DNA of 64,000 nt from assembly GCA_965649765.1 (NCBI GenBank), contig OZ287751.1, forward strand, positions 79,236,001 to 79,300,000. Reading direction: 5' to 3'. Each line of letters starts with the position of its first letter. Positions within the stretch are counted from its first letter, which is position 1. Made by a program: the position numbers and the translations under genes. Origin of the DNA: Bispira polyomma (taxonomy: Eukaryota). Positions 59,665 to 64,000 of this stretch are shown here, piece by piece. Below the pieces are notes generated by a model. That model did not search any database and was not told the DNA's origin. It saw only the letters and a list, made by a program, of their open reading frames with translations.

Positions 59665-62600
59665 TCAAATCCTTATTAAATATGTTTTCCTCTTGTTAAA
59701 CTTGTCACTGTAACCTTGCCATTTAATCAGATAATGTGTTTTTCCCCTGATTATGTTCTTTCCAAGAATCTTTTCAATGTAATAAATGTCATCCCCTTCA
59801 GGAATAACTTGAGCATGTTCTGTCTGATCATTTGAGTGTGAATTGTGTGAGTTTTGACTACCAGAAGGGGTGTCAACTGTTGCAGTATTGGTGTTTGTGT
59901 CATCAGCTGCCACTGGCTGAGGTAAGTTGTCCGTCTGTCCGCCGTTCTCCATCTGTCGGTTATCTGCAATCTGTTGATTGTCAGAATTCTTCTCCTCAAG
60001 TGTTAACCTAGCATTATGGCACCGTTTAAGGCGATTACTGTGAACTAAGAATGGGTTTCCTTTTCTGTGATTAACTATCTTATAGTTCACTGGGATGCCC
60101 TTTCAAGTATTTCATAGGGCCCATGCCAAAAATGTAACAGCTTTTTAGTTGAGCCTTTTTTTGGTTTAGGTGTAAACACCCATACTTTGTCTCCAACCTT
60201 GAATGTAGGTTCAGCAGCTTCTTTATCATATCTCTCCTTTGAATTCAATTGACTATTCTGTAGTGATTCCTTAGCTTCACTCCTAGCTTGGGGATGTCCT
60301 GCATTAATCTGGATAGGAAATTACTTCCTCTGTCACTCAGTAATTGTTTCATTGCTCCAAACCTGAAAATCACTTTGTCAACTAAGATATTTGCCACTGT
60401 CACACTATCAGTTATGACCATTGGGAATGCCATTGCGTATCTGGTGAAGTAGTCTGTGAATACAATTATATACTTGTTGCCTTGTTTGCTCTTCACAAAT
60501 GGTCCACATATATCAACTCCAACCCTTTCAAAAACTTCAGATATAGCTGGCATGTTAATTAAAGGGGCCTTTTTCTTTTGTGTGGGTGTCTTTTTGGTAG
60601 CACAATCTGCACGTGTCAATCCATTCCTTGGTATATGCATACATTCCTGGCCAAAAGTATCTGGCTGCTAGTTTGGGATTTACCTTGTTGATACTTAAGT
60701 GACCTCCTGTAAGATCATCATGGAAAACTTCAAGAATTTGGTGTCTCATTGACCTTGGTATGTACACCTTCTCTTCAACTCTGGGTTTAGGGAGACCATA
60801 ACTTTGTATATAGTGTAGGATGCCGTTGTTTAGAATATACTTGTGGGATTCTGCTGCTATTTTCTTAGCTTCGATTGGTTCCTCTGGTAACAGTCCATGT
60901 GTGAGATACTCAATTATGTTTTGGCCCCATATATCAGATTCTTGTGCCTTTTTGAGTTCATCTAATTTGCCTGTTATGTTTTCTTCTGTGTTGCATTGCA
61001 TAACATATGAATCGTATGTTGTCCTGGAGAGTGTGTCAGCATTTTGATGAACCCTTCCTGGTCTGTATGTGATCTCAAGGTCATAGGCCTGTAACTTTAA
61101 TGCCCATCTTTGTAGTCTTGAGTTATTGTCCTGATTTTTCATGAGCCATTTTAGGCTTTGATGATCAGTTACTACTGTGAATCTCCTGCCTTCCAAATAG
61201 TGAGAAAATCTTTTTACTGCATCCACCAGTGCCAGACATTCTTTTTCTGTTGTAGAATATTTGACTTCATTGGGCTTAAGATCCCTGCCTGCATAGGCTA
61301 TGACTTTTTCAGACCGGTCACGTATCTTTTGTGCTAGCACTGCTCCTAGTGAAAATCCACTTGCATCTGTGTACAATGTAAATGGGTGGTCAAAACTTGG
61401 ATAACACAGGAGTGGAGGTTCTGTTAACTTCTGTTTGAGTTCTAAAAATGCTTTGTCACACTTCTCATTCCATATGAATGGTGTATCTTTCTTTAACAAA
61501 TTTGTTAATGGTTTTGCTATTTCACTGAAACCCTTGACAAATTTTCTGTAGTAATTCCCGAGTCCCAAAAAACATTGAACATCTCTGACCTTAGAGGGGA
61601 CTTTAAAATCTCTGACAGCTTTGATATTGTTGGGATCTGGTTTTATTCCATCCCTGGACACAATTTGGCCTAGAAATTTGACTGATGTCTGTGCAAAGTT
61701 GCACTTTGGGAGTTTCAGTTTCAAGTTGGCGGCAAGCAAGATTTCAAATACCTTCCTTAAATGGTTGATATGTTCTTCAAAGTTTTTGGAATGACAGATT
61801 ATATCATCAATATACAAAAGGCAAACTGATGGTACTAACCCTCTGAATAGACTTTCCATCAGTCTTTGGTAAGTGGATGGTGCATTAGTCAAACCAAATG
61901 GCATCACATTGAATTCCCACAGTCCCATGTGTGGTGTTGAAAATGCTGTCTTTTCTTTGGACTCCTCATTTAATTCTATTTGAAAATAGCCTGAAAACAT
62001 GTCTAAGGTGGTAAAAATACCTGGTCCACTGCCATTATTTTGTGAAAGGGCATCTAAAGTGTCATCTATTCTTGGAATTCTGTAACTGTCTTTTTTGGTC
62101 AGGAAATTTGTCGCTCGATAATCTACACATCGCCTGAATTGTTTGTAAACTTCTGATGGGTTCATGTTTTCTGTATTCTTAAAGTTGGATTTAACTGTGC
62201 CATCATCACTTCTTTTACCAACTAGTACTATTGGAGAGCTCCAGGGAGAGCAACTGGGCCTGATGATATTGTTCTTGGCCATGTCTTTTACATGTTCACT
62301 GATAATTTCCTTTTTGAAAGGTGAAACCCTGTATGGTTTTTGGTCTGACTGGGTGGTCTCCAGTGTCTATGTGGTGTTTAACCATTGAAGTCCTTTCGAG
62401 CTGGCTAACATCTTCAGCAAATATGCCAGAAAATTCATGTAACAAAGTTTTCAGCTTTTCCTTTTCTGTAGGGTTTAAATTTGTGTTGTCCAACTTAATG
62501 TTCAAATTTGTGCTATTAGACTTTTCTATACTGCAAATGTCTGCCTCATTCACACCTGTTATTTGCCCAATTTTGGTATTTTTGTGAATTTTGACTTCCC

Positions 62601-64000
62601 TATCCCCTGGATTGACTATAAGGAATGGTACTTTGGTACTTCTAACCTTCGCTTAAACCTCCCCTGCTAGCAGTTTCCACCTGTTTGGTAGATTTGGTTT
62701 CACAATTCCAGTTTTGTCTTCAATAATTTCAGGATTTGGGTGGTCACAATCAACTAGAATAACATTTTGGTCCTTGGCTCAATTGTAACTGTTTCACTAA
62801 CAACTAAACCTACATCAAAATTCACTGGATCTGTCATTTCCTTTGTAGCACATTGACCAAGTGGTACATCTTGACCCTTAACATGTAAAATGCCTGTGGC
62901 ACAGTCTAACTTTGCTTGGTGTTTTGTTAGGAAGTCAAAACCTAATATAGACGGATGGTTTGTGTTTGTGACATAAAATACATGCTGAAAACCTTTGTCA
63001 CCTAACTTAAAGTTCAACATAACCTTGCCATGGATCTGAATGTTTTGACCATTTACTGCTTTGCAACTAACCTATCAGTATCAGTGCTCAGATCCAACTT
63101 GTATTCTTTACATAACTCCCTATATGTAACCTCATTTAGGATAGAAATAGTTGCACCAGTATCACAAAGAAATCTGAAATCTTTACCAAATACCTTTGCA
63201 ATGACAATGTTACTATGCGAACTTAAAAATGATATAAAATGTACATTTTGACTCACACTCTTTGTTGGTTCTGTCTCCTGCTGTGTCTGTTGCTGTGGCT
63301 TTGGTTCCGGGTTCTGTTCTTTCTTTTGTATTGTCTTTTGTTCTATTGTCTGTTCAATGAGCTGCCCCATCTGGTTGGTTGAATGAGATGGGGCGTCCCT
63401 TAGTTTAAAGGAGACGGCTCTCCGCTTCTTCTTCCGCGAGACTGTTGTTGCTGATCTTTTTTCTCCCTACACCAGTGTTCATAGTGGCCCAACTTCTGGC
63501 AGAAAGTGCACACAACACCTTTCTTCTTCCGGTATGCTTCTGTATTGTGTCCTGGCTGCTGACAGAAACTGCAGAACGGCTGCTGATTGAATCTCTGTTG
63601 TGGCTGATGTTGGGGTTCCTGGGCTCTGTTTGGGGCTCTGCACTCTCTTGAAAAATGGCCTGGTTTTCCCACAGTTGTAGCACACTGGACGGCCATCAGT
63701 TGTTCTATTTGACCGGTTGGTGAATGATTTCACCAATTTAACCAGTTCTGCCATCTCAGATTTTGGCTGTGAGTAGTGTTGAGTAGAATTGACCATCTCC
63801 AGCCTCTTGAAGCACTGCTTCAGCTCACTAATTTCTTCCCTCGGACTGTTGTCACTGGACTGAGGGAATAAACTTTCCCCTAGAAGAGCAGCTTCTTCGG
63901 CCTCATCCAAAGTGTTGATGTTACACCCATAAACAAACTGTCTGAGATCTGGTCTTAAATTGTCAGTGAAAATCTGGATTCATTCATCTTCAGTTTGTTG
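59665..64000 (-). mobile_element. Chromodomain-containing Ty3/Gypsy gag-pol, frameshifted, antisense in RELCH intron 21
   Basis: Gag with three CCHC-type knuckles (63400-63700), protease FLCDTGATIS, RT (PFGLTNAP, YIDDII), RNase H (TDAS, TDHQSL), integrase (GGH..CRLC, GVDICGP, TDYFTRY, SDRGSNF; HGPY), chromodomain YYIEKIL..YLIKWQGY. Confidence 0.95.

Overview
AT-rich animal genomic DNA, not prokaryotic; the SINE, DIRS, L2 and HINE repertoire suggests a lophotrochozoan, probably a mollusc (inference). One protein-coding gene dominates: RELCH/KIAA1468 (LisH, coiled-coil and HEAT-repeat Rab11-binding protein) on the + strand. I traced 21 GT-AG coding exons with matching phases from ATG 16943 to 51723 (3256 nt, about 1085 codons); the C-terminal exons appear to lie outside the window. 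Upstream (6.8-16.3 kb) is a decayed DIRS retrotransposon interrupted by a Helentron-type tandem-repeat element and two L2-like LINEs. The introns carry tRNA-SINEs, MITEs, two more L2-like LINEs and, from about 56 kb, an antisense chromodomain Ty3/Gypsy element. Three observations stand out. (1) At least eight RELCH splice junctions have been tandemly duplicated into the adjacent intron, so introns 11 and 12 are built almost entirely of exon-junction copies carrying many intact decoy splice sites. (2) The Gypsy element has an antisense, three-exon, phase-compatible 85-codon ORF between pol and its 3' LTR. (3) One L2 ORF starts with a signal-peptide-like leader followed by a 2A-like motif. All coordinates were read by eye; family names rest on recalled motifs, with no database search.
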